Below, in pieces: positions 10,084 through 22,404 of a stretch of 64,000 nucleotides of DNA. This stretch comes from Schizochytrium sp. TIO01 (Eukaryota > Protista > Bigyra: Labyrinthulomycetes). The notes under the pieces are model-generated. The model was given only the letters and a program-made list of their open reading frames with translations, searched no databases and was not told the origin of the DNA. The stretch covers positions 4,992,483-5,056,482 of the forward strand of contig SMSO01000032.1 in the NCBI GenBank assembly GCA_004764695.1, written 5' to 3'. The translations under genes and the position numbers were made by a program. Every line of letters begins with the position of its first letter. The first letter of the stretch is position 1.

Positions 10084-11514
10084 TCATAAGTCTTTCTGGT
10101 TTACGAATGAAACCCGTGGATCTTGCCCTGGGGGAGCTGAGAATCGCCAGGCAAGTCGATAGAACTCTGCAAATCCGCGCAAATCTCTACTCGATACTGT
10201 TCCTGCAGCACAACGCACAATCTCCTGAACCTCTCGTGATGCAAGGCGCTCAATATCATGGCGTAATGGGTCGAACACAAGTTCACTTATTTGTTGACCT
10301 GGTACTGTTTGTCGGGCTTTAAAGGCACGCTTAGCAAGTCGGAGGAGTTCCTCTTCGAAGTGAATAATATGAATGTCGGTTTCGCTAAGCGCTGGTTCCG
10401 TTTCGAGGCGTGCCAGGCGGTCCGATCTTGCTTTAAGGGCCTCACAGCGCTCAAGTGCTAGATTGAATTGAACCCAAAGAGGGAAGACTATCTCTATGGC
10501 CTCTTGAGATTGGGCTCCCTCTGGCACAGCGACCATAGTCGCCCGAAGGCAGAGCTCCTGCAGCTTGTCAACAAGCAGTTTAGCCTCTGAACGTATCAAT
10601 CTGACTTCTTGATCACGAGCACATTTGTCACTTCCTCCGTGCCTTGGTTCCAAACGCTTAAGTTGAAACTGATCTTTGGCAAGAGCATGGCGCGCGCGTT
10701 TCATGAAAACCCTTTTTGCTTCTAGCAGCTTTCTGCGCTCCTCTGCCAGTTCGCGTCGTAACTTGCCATAATCTGGAGGTCGTTCCACAGGTGTGAATGT
10801 CTGATCAAAGACTACGGGCGTAGTTGACGCTGTACCTTCGTTCTTGGCAAGTGCTTTTGGTGATGGTTTTTTTGATGTTGCTTTCACTTTGCTTTCAGCG
10901 GCTGCAGGGCTTTCAGGTTTCGTAGAGTTTGTCATTCCTGATGCAGTCGCTGCTCTCCCAGGTCTTCTCAGAGGCCTTGTGCGAGGCACAGCCGTAGATT
11001 TGACTGGACCTGTACCTGAGGCTGGTGCTGATGCCGTTCTCTTCTCAGAACTCGGCTCCTTGGCGCCTTCTTTAGTACGTCCTTTATTTCTCTGTAACAC
11101 CCCATTCTGCTGCGGGGACTTCCCGTGTTGTTGTTGTCGTTGCGCCTGCTGTTGATGATGTTGTTGTTGCTCTTGCAAATTTTGTTCTGTCTGTGAGGTC
11201 TCTACATTTCCTGTTCTGAGTCTTTCAGCTTCACGAAGGATCTTTTCGGTTTCGGCCTCCTCACGACGTCTGCACTCACGTTCCACGAGCGCTTCTTCGC
11301 GAGCTCTTATTCTCGATGCAGCAGCACGGGCCTCTGCAGTTCTTTCGTACTGGGCACACACCTCCGCGAGCATTTTTGTCTCATTTTCTACAGCCCCGAC
11401 GATATTTTCAAGGCCTTTGAGGCCGTTCTCGAGGTGGTTTTCATGCTCTTGGCTATGATGATGAAAACTTTGCTTTTGACGGCTCCTCTCAGTGCCTTCG
11501 TTCGTCGCATACAT
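10084..11514 (-). CDS. Hypothetical protein (coiled-coil, Q-rich and low-complexity segments)
   Basis: Open ~476 codons from ATG 11514 with protein-like composition; no recognisable domain. Confidence 0.65.
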   Translation of the reverse strand: MYATNEGTERSRQKQSFHHHSQEHENHLENGLKGLENIVGAVENETKMLAEVCAQYERTAEARAAASRIRAREEALVERECRRREEAETEKILREAERLRTGNVETSQTEQNLQEQQQHHQQQAQRQQQHGKSPQQNGVLQRNKGRTKEGAKEPSSEKRTASAPASGTGPVKSTAVPRTRPLRRPGRAATASGMTNSTKPESPAAAESKVKATSKKPSPKALAKNEGTASTTPVVFDQTFTPVERPPDYGKLRRELAEERRKLLEAKRVFMKRARHALAKDQFQLKRLEPRHGGSDKCARDQEVRLIRSEAKLLVDKLQELCLRATMVAVPEGAQSQEAIEIVFPLWVQFNLALERCEALKARSDRLARLETEPALSETDIHIIHFEEELLRLAKRAFKARQTVPGQQISELVFDPLRHDIERLASREVQEIVRCAAGTVSSRDLRGFAEFYRLAWRFSAPPGQDPRVSFVNQKDL

Positions 11515-12253
11515 CTCTGCGGTTCGAAAAGTATACTGCTTAGTTATGGGGAAGTGGGCGCGACGCAGCAAGAGAGTTAGGAGATCTAAGACCACGTCAG
11601 GTTTCTTTTTGTCTTTCAAGGCAACTGCAGTTCACGCCAACTCATTCTGCGTTATATTCACCACGCTGAGAATCCAGAGATTTGCAGTAGCTTCAGCGTC
11701 GCTGTTAAGAGTACCTTTCTCGCAGATAAGACTTTCTTCAGGGTTTGCACTCTGGCGAGGCTCGTTAGTTTTTGATCTCTATCAACGTGTCAATCACTCA
11801 CTAGCAAAAGCTGCTTTTAAAAAAAAACTGTTTGTTGTTCTGAAGATCGATCATTCCAGCTTTTCTGCTCCTTGCTGAGATTCTTATTTTGTTGTTTATG
11901 CTCAGCTCTTTGTCACTTCCGAGATGTATCACTGAGCTTGTTATACGTTTAGTTCTTCGTGAGTGTACTTTTGCTTTCTTCTCTAACAGTTTGCTGTGTT
12001 TCGTTTGTAAAGTCTTTCTTGCTTTACTTTGGAATATTGTATTCCTCTGGATTGCATTTCTTTTCAATTGAATCTCTGCATTTCTTAACTTTACATTCTT
12101 TGCTCTGTTCCAGCAAGCACCAAATCCAGTAGCCCTGCAAGGGTCACACTCTCTTCTCTCTGCGTGTCCTCTCTCCTCTCCTTCTCGTCTGTGTGTTCTT
12201 TGCCCTTGTGCTTCCTTCCGTGCTTTGCTGGTTTTTCCTTCTCCTCTTTCATC

Positions 12254-13147
12254 ATGTTTCCCTCCATCTTGCGTGGCTCTCGCTTCTCTCAAATCTCGTC
12301 ATCCTCACTTCTTCCGTCTCCTCTGCGGCTTTCTTCGATTCCGTCCTTTGCGCAGGCTCTTTCCAGCTCTGCTTCTGATGCTGCAAGCTCTGCCGCCACT
12401 TCCTACCGCGGTCGCAAGCGTTTCTACAAGAAGGCAGTGGCTTCTGTTGACCCTGAGGATCCCTCCAAAAACTACGTGGAGCTCGACGGCCGTCGTCTTC
12501 GTACCCCGCACCGTCACATTCTTGAGCTCCCCACAGAGGCCCTTGCCCATGGCATCGCTCACGAGTGGGACCTTCAAAAGACTGAGATCCAGCCCACTGC
12601 TATGCCGCTCATGACCATGGCCTGCACTGCGATCGATACCACGGAGTCCCGCCGTCCGATCATTGTCGAGGAGCTGCTTCGCTTTCTCAGCACTGACACT
12701 GTGCTCTTTCCTGGTGATCCTGAGGAGGCTGAGGCCGCTCTTCTGGACCTTCAGGAGGATATGTGGTCCCCGCTTGTAGAGTGGATGGAGGAACGCTTCG
12801 GCAAGGTCAATGTGTGCCAACACCTTAAGATTCCGCCGCACCCGAAGGAGACCGTCGCGAATGTTGAGGCGTACTTGCAGAACCTTGACCCTTGGACTCT
12901 GACTGCGATTGAGAACCTCACCTCGGGCTGCAAATCTATTATTATCCCGCTTGCGCTGCAGCACGGCAAGATTGATGCTAGGACAGCAATTAAGGCCTCG
13001 CGTGTTGAGGAGGAGCACCAGCTTAATGCGTGGGGTCTCGTTGAGGGAGGTCACGATGTTGATCGCGCACACACTGTTGCACAAGTCGCCGCAGGAGCTG
13101 TATTTTTGCGTCTGTGCCATGCGGATCCCAACAAGGTGGTCGCGTGA
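12254..13147 (+). CDS. ATP12: Mitochondrial F1-ATPase assembly chaperone ATP12/ATPAF2
   Basis: Ser/Arg-rich presequence, then RKRFYKKA, VELDGRRLRTP, IAHEWDLQ, MPLMTMACTAID, SRVEEEHQLNAWGLVEGGHDVD. Confidence 0.95.
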   Translation: MFPSILRGSRFSQISSSSLLPSPLRLSSIPSFAQALSSSASDAASSAATSYRGRKRFYKKAVASVDPEDPSKNYVELDGRRLRTPHRHILELPTEALAHGIAHEWDLQKTEIQPTAMPLMTMACTAIDTTESRRPIIVEELLRFLSTDTVLFPGDPEEAEAALLDLQEDMWSPLVEWMEERFGKVNVCQHLKIPPHPKETVANVEAYLQNLDPWTLTAIENLTSGCKSIIIPLALQHGKIDARTAIKASRVEEEHQLNAWGLVEGGHDVDRAHTVAQVAAGAVFLRLCHADPNKVVA

Positions 13148-14094
13148 ACCTTCAGCGGGCTCTAGGTTTTTTAATGCTACGATATCGTTCTCAAACTAGC
13201 TCACTTCGTTATTAGCTTTTGCGTTGATTGTCCTCGAGACTTCGCTTAGGCCTAAAATTGTCTTTGGGGATGGGGTTTGCCGTAGTTATACACGCGACAC
13301 TGAGCCGAGAGATATCTAAAAGCAAAAATAGAGTGCTACCTTCATTCTTGTCTTTACGGGAGAATTCGAAGAAGCGCTTTCGACCAAAATATATCAATAC
13401 AACTTTTAAAAACTGCAAAACCCTATCTGATTTGACTTTATACATATATCCTTGTACCTTGAAACTTTTCAGTCGAGCCTATTATTTTGCTTGTCAGAAA
13501 GAAAACAAAATACCTAGATAGTGACAAAATTAGTGCGCAGTTTCTAATGGACTCGAAGATCTCTATCTTACTCTCTAGTTTCATACGGCTTTTTTTTTTT
13601 TTTTACAATGTGGTCAAGAAAGGGTTAATGTTTCTCCTTTTGTGTTGGATCTTGCGACTTTCGACAATGAGTTACAACATTGACGTAATAACTTAAAAAA
13701 AACCTCGAACACCATGTTTTAGTGATCTGTGCAGCTCTTTCTCCTTAGACGCGGCGGCGTTGGATGAGCCGTGAGAAGAGACCAAGATGACTGAAGCCAA
13801 CCAACACCGATAGCCAAGGGATTTCCCTGTTATATCTCTGCTGCAAGAAGAATGAAAGATAAAGAGGCTAAAACAAGATTTGTACCCAGGTGTACATGTA
13901 CGAATAACAAGGACTCTCACTAGCCAAGGGGTACTCGTTGACTTGGTTACACATTTGCGTTAAAACAACAACCCGTATGGATAACAAGGAAAAAGTATGC
14001 ATGTATGCAAAGCCGTCAAATGGTCATATGCCTGTTATTACCTAAGGTAAGGGGTAAAAAAAAAGGGTGGTATGGTTGATGTTGCAGAAGTCGT

Positions 14095-16359
14095 TTATGC
14101 AAGGTTCTGCTTCCAGTTGATGAGACCGTTGCCGTTGTTGACAATGCTGAAGAAGTCGGCAAAGACGACGGAGAGAATAGCCATGAGCTTCATGACAATG
14201 TTGAGGGCAGGGCCAGAGGTATCCTTGAGAGGATCACCGACGGTGTCGCCGACAACGGCGGCCTTGTGGATCTCAGAGTTCTTACCCATCTGGACGCCGT
14301 CAACGTAGACGCATCCCTTCTCGACGTACTTCTTGGCGTTATCCCAAGCACCACCAGTGTTGGAGGCAGAGATGGCCATCTGGACGGCGGAAGAGATGGA
14401 GCCAGCAAGAAGACCAGCAACGGCGGCGGTACCAAAGAGAACACCGGTGATGAGCGGGGTGCTCATGACAAGAACACCAGGGAGGATCATCTCGCGGAGG
14501 GAGGCGTTGGTGGAGATCTCAATGCAGCGAGCGTGGTCGGGCGGGCTGTGGCCGGGCTCACCAGTGAGGAGACCCGGGATGGTGTCGAACTGACGCTTGA
14601 CCTCCTTGACCATCTCGTTGGCGGCGACACCGACGGACTTCATGGTCATGGCAGTGAACCAGTACGGGATGAGAGCACCGACAAGGAGAGCAGCAAAAAT
14701 GACAGGGGAGAGGATAGAGACGTCAGACTGGGTGAGACCAGAGCGCTTGGTGAAGGCACCAAAGAGGGCAAGACCAACGAGGCAGGCACTGCCAATGGCA
14801 AAGCCCTTTCCGATAGCAGCGGTGGTGTTACCAGCAGCGTCAAGAGCATCAGTGACGTCACGGACCTCCTCAGGGAGACCAGTCATCTCGGCAATGCCAC
14901 CAGCGTTATCACAGATAGGTCCGTAGACATCAATAGTGAGGCCAGTGGCGAGAGTGCCGAGCATACCGAGGGCAGCAAGAGAAACGCCGAACATGTCGAG
15001 GAGGGTGAAGGAGAAGTACACCACGAATGCGAGGAGGAAGACAGGGATGATGGCACTCTTGTATCCAAGGGCAAGACCGTAGATGATGTTGGTGGCAGCA
15101 CCGGTCTCACAGGACTGGGCAACCTCGCGAGTGGGCTGGTAAGAGTGGCTGGTGTAGAACTCAGTGATGAAACCGATGAGGCATCCGGCCCAGAGACCAG
15201 CCCAGATGCAGGCGCAGGCGTAGAACCAGTGACCCTCGAGGTGGCCACCGTAGACACTGTCAATGTAGAAGTTGGCGGGGAGGGCAAGGTAGGCGACGGG
15301 GAGGACAGCCACGGTAGTGAGAAGGGTGGAGACACCGATCTGAACCTTGAGGACCTTCTCGACGTCAGACTCCTGGCGCACGGGGGAGAGGTTGGTGGCA
15401 ACGAAGGAGGTCAAGAGGCACATGAGGAGACCGACGGCGGAGATCATGATGGGGAACATGATAGCAGTCCAGCCGCCAGCGCGGAGGCCAGGGGAGGAGG
15501 AGGCGACGATAAGGGCAGCGCAGGAAGCCTCAGCAAAGGAGCCGAAGAGATCAGAGCCCATACCGGCAACATCACCAACGTTGTCACCGACGTTGTCAGC
15601 AATGGTGGCGGGGTTACGGGGGTCGTCCTCGGGGATGCCGCTCACGACCTTGCCGGCAAGATCGGCACCAACATCAGCAGCCTTGGTGTAGATACCACCA
15701 CCGACACGGCCGAAGAGAGCAATGGAGCTGCCACCGAGACCGAAGCCGGCAACACACTCGAAGAGAGCCTTGTAAGTGGTCTCGTCATCAAAGTGGTAGA
15801 CCTGGTTGTAAGCCATGATGAGCACGTAGAGAACAACAAGGCCGAGACCGCAGAGAGCAAAGCCCATAACACCACCAGCGCGGAAGGCAGTGTTGAAGGA
15901 TCCAGTCCAGGGGTTAGCGGGGTCCATAGCCATGACGGTGGTACGGGCGTTACTGAAAACGGCGACCTTCATGCCGAGGTATCCGCTGGCAATAGAGGTG
16001 AGAGCACCAACGACGAAGGCGAGGGCAGTGAGGGCACCCTGCTCCCACTTCCAGGCATCACCAACGTAGGAGGTGAGGACGAGCACAAGGGAACCGAACA
16101 TTACGACAAAGATAAGGCAGATCTTGTACTCAGCAAAGAGGAAGCTGTCAGCACCCTCGCGGATAGCGTTGTAGATCTCGAGCATGCGGGCCGAGGCGTC
16201 GCCATCGGCAAGCAGGCGGAAGGAGTTGTCCGAAGAGCTGGAGTCATCGAGCTGAACATTTGCCACGATGCGGAACTGCAGGTAGGCAAAGATGATACCG
16301 ACAACACCGGCACCCAAAATAAGGATGGAGGTGGCGACGTCCACCTCACCGGTAGACAT
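14095..16359 (-). CDS. Membrane-bound H+-translocating pyrophosphatase (V-PPase), K+-dependent type
   Basis: GGGIYTKAADVGADL, EDDPRNPATIADNVGDNVGD, GDTVGDPLKDTSGPALN; GNTTAAIG carries the Ala typical of K+-dependent enzymes; many TM helices; strong codon bias. Confidence 0.98.
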   Translation of the reverse strand: MSTGEVDVATSILILGAGVVGIIFAYLQFRIVANVQLDDSSSSDNSFRLLADGDASARMLEIYNAIREGADSFLFAEYKICLIFVVMFGSLVLVLTSYVGDAWKWEQGALTALAFVVGALTSIASGYLGMKVAVFSNARTTVMAMDPANPWTGSFNTAFRAGGVMGFALCGLGLVVLYVLIMAYNQVYHFDDETTYKALFECVAGFGLGGSSIALFGRVGGGIYTKAADVGADLAGKVVSGIPEDDPRNPATIADNVGDNVGDVAGMGSDLFGSFAEASCAALIVASSSPGLRAGGWTAIMFPIMISAVGLLMCLLTSFVATNLSPVRQESDVEKVLKVQIGVSTLLTTVAVLPVAYLALPANFYIDSVYGGHLEGHWFYACACIWAGLWAGCLIGFITEFYTSHSYQPTREVAQSCETGAATNIIYGLALGYKSAIIPVFLLAFVVYFSFTLLDMFGVSLAALGMLGTLATGLTIDVYGPICDNAGGIAEMTGLPEEVRDVTDALDAAGNTTAAIGKGFAIGSACLVGLALFGAFTKRSGLTQSDVSILSPVIFAALLVGALIPYWFTAMTMKSVGVAANEMVKEVKRQFDTIPGLLTGEPGHSPPDHARCIEISTNASLREMILPGVLVMSTPLITGVLFGTAAVAGLLAGSISSAVQMAISASNTGGAWDNAKKYVEKGCVYVDGVQMGKNSEIHKAAVVGDTVGDPLKDTSGPALNIVMKLMAILSVVFADFFSIVNNGNGLINWKQNLA

Positions 16360-18069
16360 GGTTGCGAATTACCGAAAAGGTACAATTCAATCTAAAGTTT
16401 GCAATTGAAAGAAAACAAGAAGTAAACGTGTCCATATATAGCCAACAAGCAAGCAGAGCAGCCGAAAGTTATATTGTAATTCACACGTGCGCGCATAGAT
16501 GTCCCAATGAAACAAAGTTAGTCAATCCTGTTACAATACTCTGGTCCCACCATAAAATCAAATTTATCTAGGGTAGGAATTCTTGTTTTTCTTCGAAGCC
16601 GCAGCACATTCTCCCATTCATTGCTTTGCAGAGCCTCACTCTCCCACAACTATTCTCACTCAGCTAGGTCACAGCTAGGATGGCTTCTGTCATCAGCAGC
16701 AGCATTGCGCAGACGGTCGTGCTTTTTTCTGAAGGATTGTAGAATACAGAAAGGAAGAAGACCGATCTCGACTTAACATATCGCCTTTTAGAAAATAAAA
16801 GAAGAGCAAAGAATGAAAGAAAGAAAAAAGATTCTCTATCCTTTCTCACTCTCCATTTCAACGATGTTGCTGCACCAATGATCTCTGCCAGGACCCGCAA
16901 AACTAAACCAAGGCGGACACTTGGCTCGGTAGAGCTCCACAAGTAAAGCCACCGCGCCATGCGAGATACACGTGTTGTTTCTTTCTTCAACGAAGCGACG
17001 ACTCTCTTTCCAGCCACAGCAGCAGTGAAACTAAAAAAACATAAAAAAGAGAGGCAAAGAAAGGATCATCTCGAGCTTCGCTGGATCCATCCATCACGAG
17101 CCCATCGTCGTGAGGTAGAGGCGTTGCGCGGCTCGCGGGAGCTGTGAGGAACTGTTTTAGTGAGTCGGGGAAATGAGCGAGGCTCGCGCGGGAGGCGGCG
17201 ACGGCCGACAGCGGCGCCACGTACCGAGCGGGCGGAGAGGGGTCTCTCCAAATCGATCTGCTAGGCTGAGACTCTTGAAAAAAGATACGGCCGAGGCCCA
17301 CTGTACCTTCGTCCTCACACGCCCACTATGGGCTCTTGAGGGGACTATATCTCAAATCCTCCAGTGTGCACAGAGGTAAACAAGTGTGCGTCCTCTCTGC
17401 GCATATCACAGTGGCGGAGTTCCTTCCCTCCTCTCGGCGAAACATTGGAGCCTTGAGTATTAAAAATGGCACGAGAGGGAGCTTTGTAAGGAACGTTTTT
17501 GCGTGAGGAATTCGTGGCCGAGAGCGTGGATTCCTTCCTTTTTGTTTCTTTCCCCCTCTTTCCCGTATTTCGTTTGCACCAAACAAAACACGCTTTCTTC
17601 CTCCTCCGCCCCTCTTCTTCCTTTTCCCTCTTTCTCCTTTTCTCTACTTCTTCTTTCCCTATTCCCGACTTCTTCGCGCCGCCACAAGTGAATCTTTCGC
17701 CCCCACTACAGTAGGCTATTCCCTATGGCCCATAGTGCCCCTGCGCCACAAGTAGAGAATCCGGAGCCACTGCAGCGCCACAAGCCCAAACCAGCGCCAG
17801 AACTCGCTTCTCTCGTGTCCATTCAGTGCGTGGCAGACGTCCCGCTGTCCTCCGTGCTTGTCCTGACCGTTGCTTTCCCTATCTGCATCCCTTCTGCTGC
17901 CCCGGCTTCGAGGTCATCGGAGCCCTTTGCGCAGCCTCAGGTTCGCGCTTGTCGCTTCTTTGCAAGCAAAAAGATTGATTTTTCTATTCATTCATTCATT
18001 CATTCCTCATTCTTTTTTACTTCAAACCAACGAAGCTTTTTATGGGTCCTTACACCAAAGTCAACAATT

Positions 18070-18250
18070 ACAAACAAACAAACAAACAAACAAACAAACA
18101 AACAAACAAACAAACAAACAAACAAACAAACAAACAAACAAACAAACAAACAAACAAACAAACAAACAAACAAACAAACAAACAAACAAACAAACAAACA
18201 AACAAACAAACAAACAAACAAACAAACAAACAAACAAACAAACAAACAAA
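18070..18250. repeat. (CAAA)n microsatellite, ~45 copies
   Basis: Perfect tetranucleotide run read directly from the sequence. Confidence 0.99.
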
Positions 18251-18859
18251 AAGAAAGAGAGAAAGAGAGGGAGAAAGAGAGAAAGAGAGCACTTACGCGC
18301 TGCAATTATAATTACAACCATAGTCCAACATAAGAGTAGAACTCAGATCGATCTATAATGATTGATTTCATTCATTCTTCTCTTCTTCCTGCATATCTAT
18401 GCTTTGTCGAAGGCAAAAAACAAAACCAATTCATGAATATTCATGAATATTCATTCATTCATTCACTCATCCATCGATACGACGGCCGGCGGAGGGCCCT
18501 GAGCGAGGGCGCTGGCGGCTTCCGAGAGCACGCTCTGGCACGCTTCGAGCTAGCCGGCTCGCGCAAGCAAGGCGTCCCAGCAGCGGCGAGGGCGTTGGTC
18601 TTCCTTGCTCTTGGAACCGCGCTTCGTCCAAAGAATCTGAACAAACAATCAATCAATCAATCAATCAATCACCTGCCTCGCCCTGCTACCAGTATTCGAT
18701 ACCCACTGCTAGTGCGCAATCAATGCATTTTCAATTTGTTATTTATCTTTAATTTTATTTTTAAACTAATTAGCTTAAAAGTTAACTTATTTGTAAAGCT
18801 AATTCATTTTAAAAGCTAATTTTTGTTTCAGCTGCTAAGTCCTGAAGATCAATAAAATC

Positions 18860-18946
<87 letters not shown>
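18860..18946. repeat. (GAAA)n microsatellite, ~21 copies
   Basis: Perfect tetranucleotide run. Confidence 0.99.
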
Positions 18947-20662
18947 GTCAAAGTCAAAGAATCTGAACGGAGCCTTTCAAGAACGAGCGATGAACGTCGA
19001 ATCTTACTGACTTTGGCTCAGAGAGAGAGAGAGCGCTCCGCTGTCGCGAAGGGACCCGAGCTCGCAGGCGATTTAGGTCTACGTCTGCAGAGAGTTCGTG
19101 CGTGCGGTAATCTTCGAAGGTAACTTCTTTTCTTCTTTCTTTCTTTCTTCCTCGCAATAGCAGCAGTACCGCGACTTTCATTCTCACCTTAACTGCTTTA
19201 GATATTTCTTTTTCAGATGAAAACAAACGAACCGTGACACAGAGCCTCTGTCTTCCAGATTGTCAATCAATGCAAAAAGTTGGCGTGACTGCCCTTCGCA
19301 GGAACCGCGAGGCCGGCCCTGCGCCAGAGAAGCTGCTTCGGGTAGACTTGCGTCTCAGGAGAATAGCCGTTGCCAGCCTCAGCAGCAGCCAGGTCGGTCT
19401 CGAGGAGGAGAACTCAGCTTGTTGGACGATCTTCTTCATAACTTTTTAACCGACGATAGTAATTAACCTTTTAAAATCTCAGGCTCTGCTTTTCGAATAG
19501 AGTCTGATAATATGATTCTCCGAGAGCAGCGCAAAATGATTCTATCTAACCTTTAATTTAATTTAATTTAATTTAATTTTAATTAATTAAATAATTAAAT
19601 AATAAATAAATAAATAAATAAAAATGTTGCTCAACGATATCGATATATATCGATGACGATGACAATGACGAAGACGAAACCGCCTTGAGATCCGTGCGGG
19701 CGAAGGGAGCGACGGCGAAAGACCTCAGGCACGCCCCTATCCGCGTCTTCCGCAGCTCCGCGAGCTTGCTCCGTGAAGTCGTCGAGCTCGCTAGCTCGCT
19801 ATAGGCAGCCACAGGAGAGGAAAACACGGAGAACCGGCGATCAAAATCTCGTCAGGTCACCCACAGAAATCTTGGATGAAAAGGAGGGCCAAGAATGCAT
19901 GACGATGCATTGCGGATCATCGGCGAATGACGAATCTGGCCACTGCCACAGACAGGGATGGATGCGATATGAATTCACAAGAGACCTGCCTCGCAAAGGA
20001 ACACAAGACCTGCACTTTGAACAACCGTCGCAGCGAGCCTCGAAAGTCGAGCTTATCAGATCCATCCCAAACGGGTGGAAATGGCCGCCATGGCCATGAT
20101 GCATATCTTCTTCACAGACGGCGATCGCCATGAACCAGCTTTGCAAAGTTGGCGATGGAGTTCTGATTTCAAGATCCCCGGCTTCGAAGAATCAACTCGA
20201 ATTCGCGCCAACGGCGAGACTGCTTTATTTCAGGAGCCCATCTTGACGATCGTGACAGCGGCAATCAAAGATCGGGTCGACGCGAGGAATGATGCAAGTT
20301 AACCCGTGGTCTTCGCGTGCGTAAATCCTGAAACGTGCAAGTTAGCTCCTGCCGTTCATAAGTGAATATGTGAATGAATTGATTAGGGAATGAATGAATG
20401 GTATCTTGAAAAGCCGTGTCAAATCATCGCGGGATCAAGCGGACACGATTGTTTCTCCGCCGTGGCAGCGATCCACGATCTATGTATGATTGGTTCATGA
20501 ACACCAAAGAGCGATGAGAACTTGAGAAGATCTCAGCGGAGAAGAGCTCTGAGCGAAGAACGATAGAGACCTAAATGCTCCTGGACACCTTTGCAAATTC
20601 GAAGGTGTCCATTCAATCGATCAATTCTTTAGGGTTGGAGAACGCTTTCGAGTTGCAGTTGC

Positions 20663-20706
20663 AACAGAGCACAGCAGAACAGAGCACAGCAGAACAGAGC
20701 ACAGCA
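20663..20706. repeat. 15-bp tandem repeat (AACAGAGCACAGCAG) x3
   Basis: Read directly from the sequence. Confidence 0.9.
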
Positions 20707-22316
20707 AAGCACCAACGCGGACGGTTCTAAATGCTGCAGTCTGAGTGGAGTGAGACGAGTTTTCTTATTCTGCAGCGACAGATGACCGACCACAAACATT
20801 GCGAAGGGCAGTGCAGTCTGTCATTTCCTCCGACTTGGAGCTTTGGTCGGCGGACTTGAACTCTCGACGCAGACTGGAATGAACGAGCAAATGAATAAAT
20901 AAATGAATGAATGAATGAATGAATTATCAACGAATGAACGATGGTTGAGTCAATTCGAGTCGCGACTCCGCGTTGAAACTTTTCTTTTTACCATTCTCCA
21001 CTCTACATTTGTAGGTACGTACGTACCTAAAGTCTCCTTACAAAAAGCAGGACTCGGAGAAACTTGAGCTTTACTAAAAGAGACCTCCAGACTGAATTCT
21101 ACCTATAGCGTTTCTCTCTCCAAATCAGTGATTGTAGCAGCCCATAAAGAAAGCTTGCACAAAAGCCCAAGGCCCCAACTCAAGACTCTCCACCAATCGG
21201 AGTTCTCTCTCCACGGCCACGACCGCGACCTGAGCGAGTGAGCGAGCCTTCTTCCGGTGCCCTGATCACTAAAACGTGCCAACCTTCTGTAAGTCACCAC
21301 AATTCTGCATCGCTTCATAAGGCAAACCCCATCTAAGATTCCCAGACGGTTATTCCTAGGAGACTGCCAGTCCTCCTCCACAGTACTTCAAGCTGCTAAC
21401 CTCCATCTACCGCCAAAGCTAGCAGTACGAGTGGTGGGGAGCGAAGGCGCAGCGCGTCCACTGCTTGATTTTATTAGATCTGTTTTATCCATTACTATCA
21501 GTCTCTATCACTACTTTTGTTTCTATTTCATTGCAATCAGAACCTTTTCAACTTTAATCTTATAGAATGAAAAAGCAAAACACGGTTGCGGATATAGAAC
21601 AAGGCTCGCTTCCTTCAGTCCAATTGGGTCTCTTTGTGGCAGCCATCTCTTTCTCTCTTTCTGAGTGATAGTGCTCTGCGCAAACTTGCATCAGTACGTA
21701 TGTATGTCTGTCTGTATCTATGTATCTATGTATGAAATGAAGCTCTCTATAGAGAGAGACACGCGCTCTTCTGTGGTGGTTCACGGCAGTGAGATCATGA
21801 TGTTTTAGAGGACGATGAAGGAGTGATCATCGTCTCAAGAGAACTCTTCGCAAGCGATCGATGTCTGGAGCCAGCTGAGCAGACGACGTGCAAGCGGCTC
21901 TTGGAACGGTGGAGTGAGTGAGTGAGTGAGAGAGAGAGTGAGTGAGGCACGAATGAATGGAGTGGCAACGAAGAAGGAACTAAGGGACGAATGAATGACC
22001 TGGCGTGAGAGAGAGAGAAGAACTGGAAGCACCTTCTTCGGACGTGACGATGCTGCTCCGCAAAAGGTAATGCAGCCAACTGCGCGAATTTATGTGCAAG
22101 TGCGAAGAAGTGCTGCAACCCAGAATTGTGAAAAAGAGAAGCAAGCACCAACTGATTCGATCGTGCGCTATACCCGATCGAAGGCATGCCACAGGAATCG
22201 AAGTCACCAGAAATCAAGCGATACGGTAGTAGGTTGGGTAGAGTAACTGGGCGCAAACAACGATTCTTACTCAAAAAGACAGTTTTGTTTCAGGAACGTG
22301 TAGAGAGCAATTTTGG

Positions 22317-22327
22317 AAAAAAGAAAA
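22317..22327 (-). terminator. RNA polymerase III terminator (T4 and T6 runs) downstream of the tRNA
   Basis: TTTTCTTTTTT on the minus strand, starting a few nt after the tRNA 3' end. Confidence 0.7.
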
Positions 22328-22330
22328 CTT

Positions 22331-22404
22331 TACTCGCACTGGGGATCGAACCCAGGACCTTGGAGTTATTAGCTCCACGCTCTAACCAGCTGAGCTATAC
22401 AAGC
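22331..22404 (-). tRNA. tRNA-Ile (anticodon AAT), intronless
   Basis: 74-nt cloverleaf: acceptor GCTTGTA/TGCGAGT, D-stem GCTC/GAGC, anticodon stem TGGAG/CTCCA with loop CTAATAA, T-arm CTGGG-TTCGATC-CCCAG, discriminator A. Confidence 0.95.

Noticed and set aside
12305-13120. 271-aa antisense ORF over ATP12
   Set aside because: Same codon-bias shadow effect.
14266-16395. 709-aa antisense ORF overlapping the H+-PPase gene
   Set aside because: An in-register shadow of a highly codon-biased gene that avoids TTA/CTA/TCA codons; no recognisable domain.
17725-18358. ORFs with NKQT or FVCL repeats
   Set aside because: Produced by the (CAAA)n run; the non-repeat part has no recognisable coding signal.
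19841-20146. Cys/His-rich ORF resembling a C1/DC1 zinc domain
   Set aside because: Ligand spacing does not complete the domain; no supporting context or splice structure.
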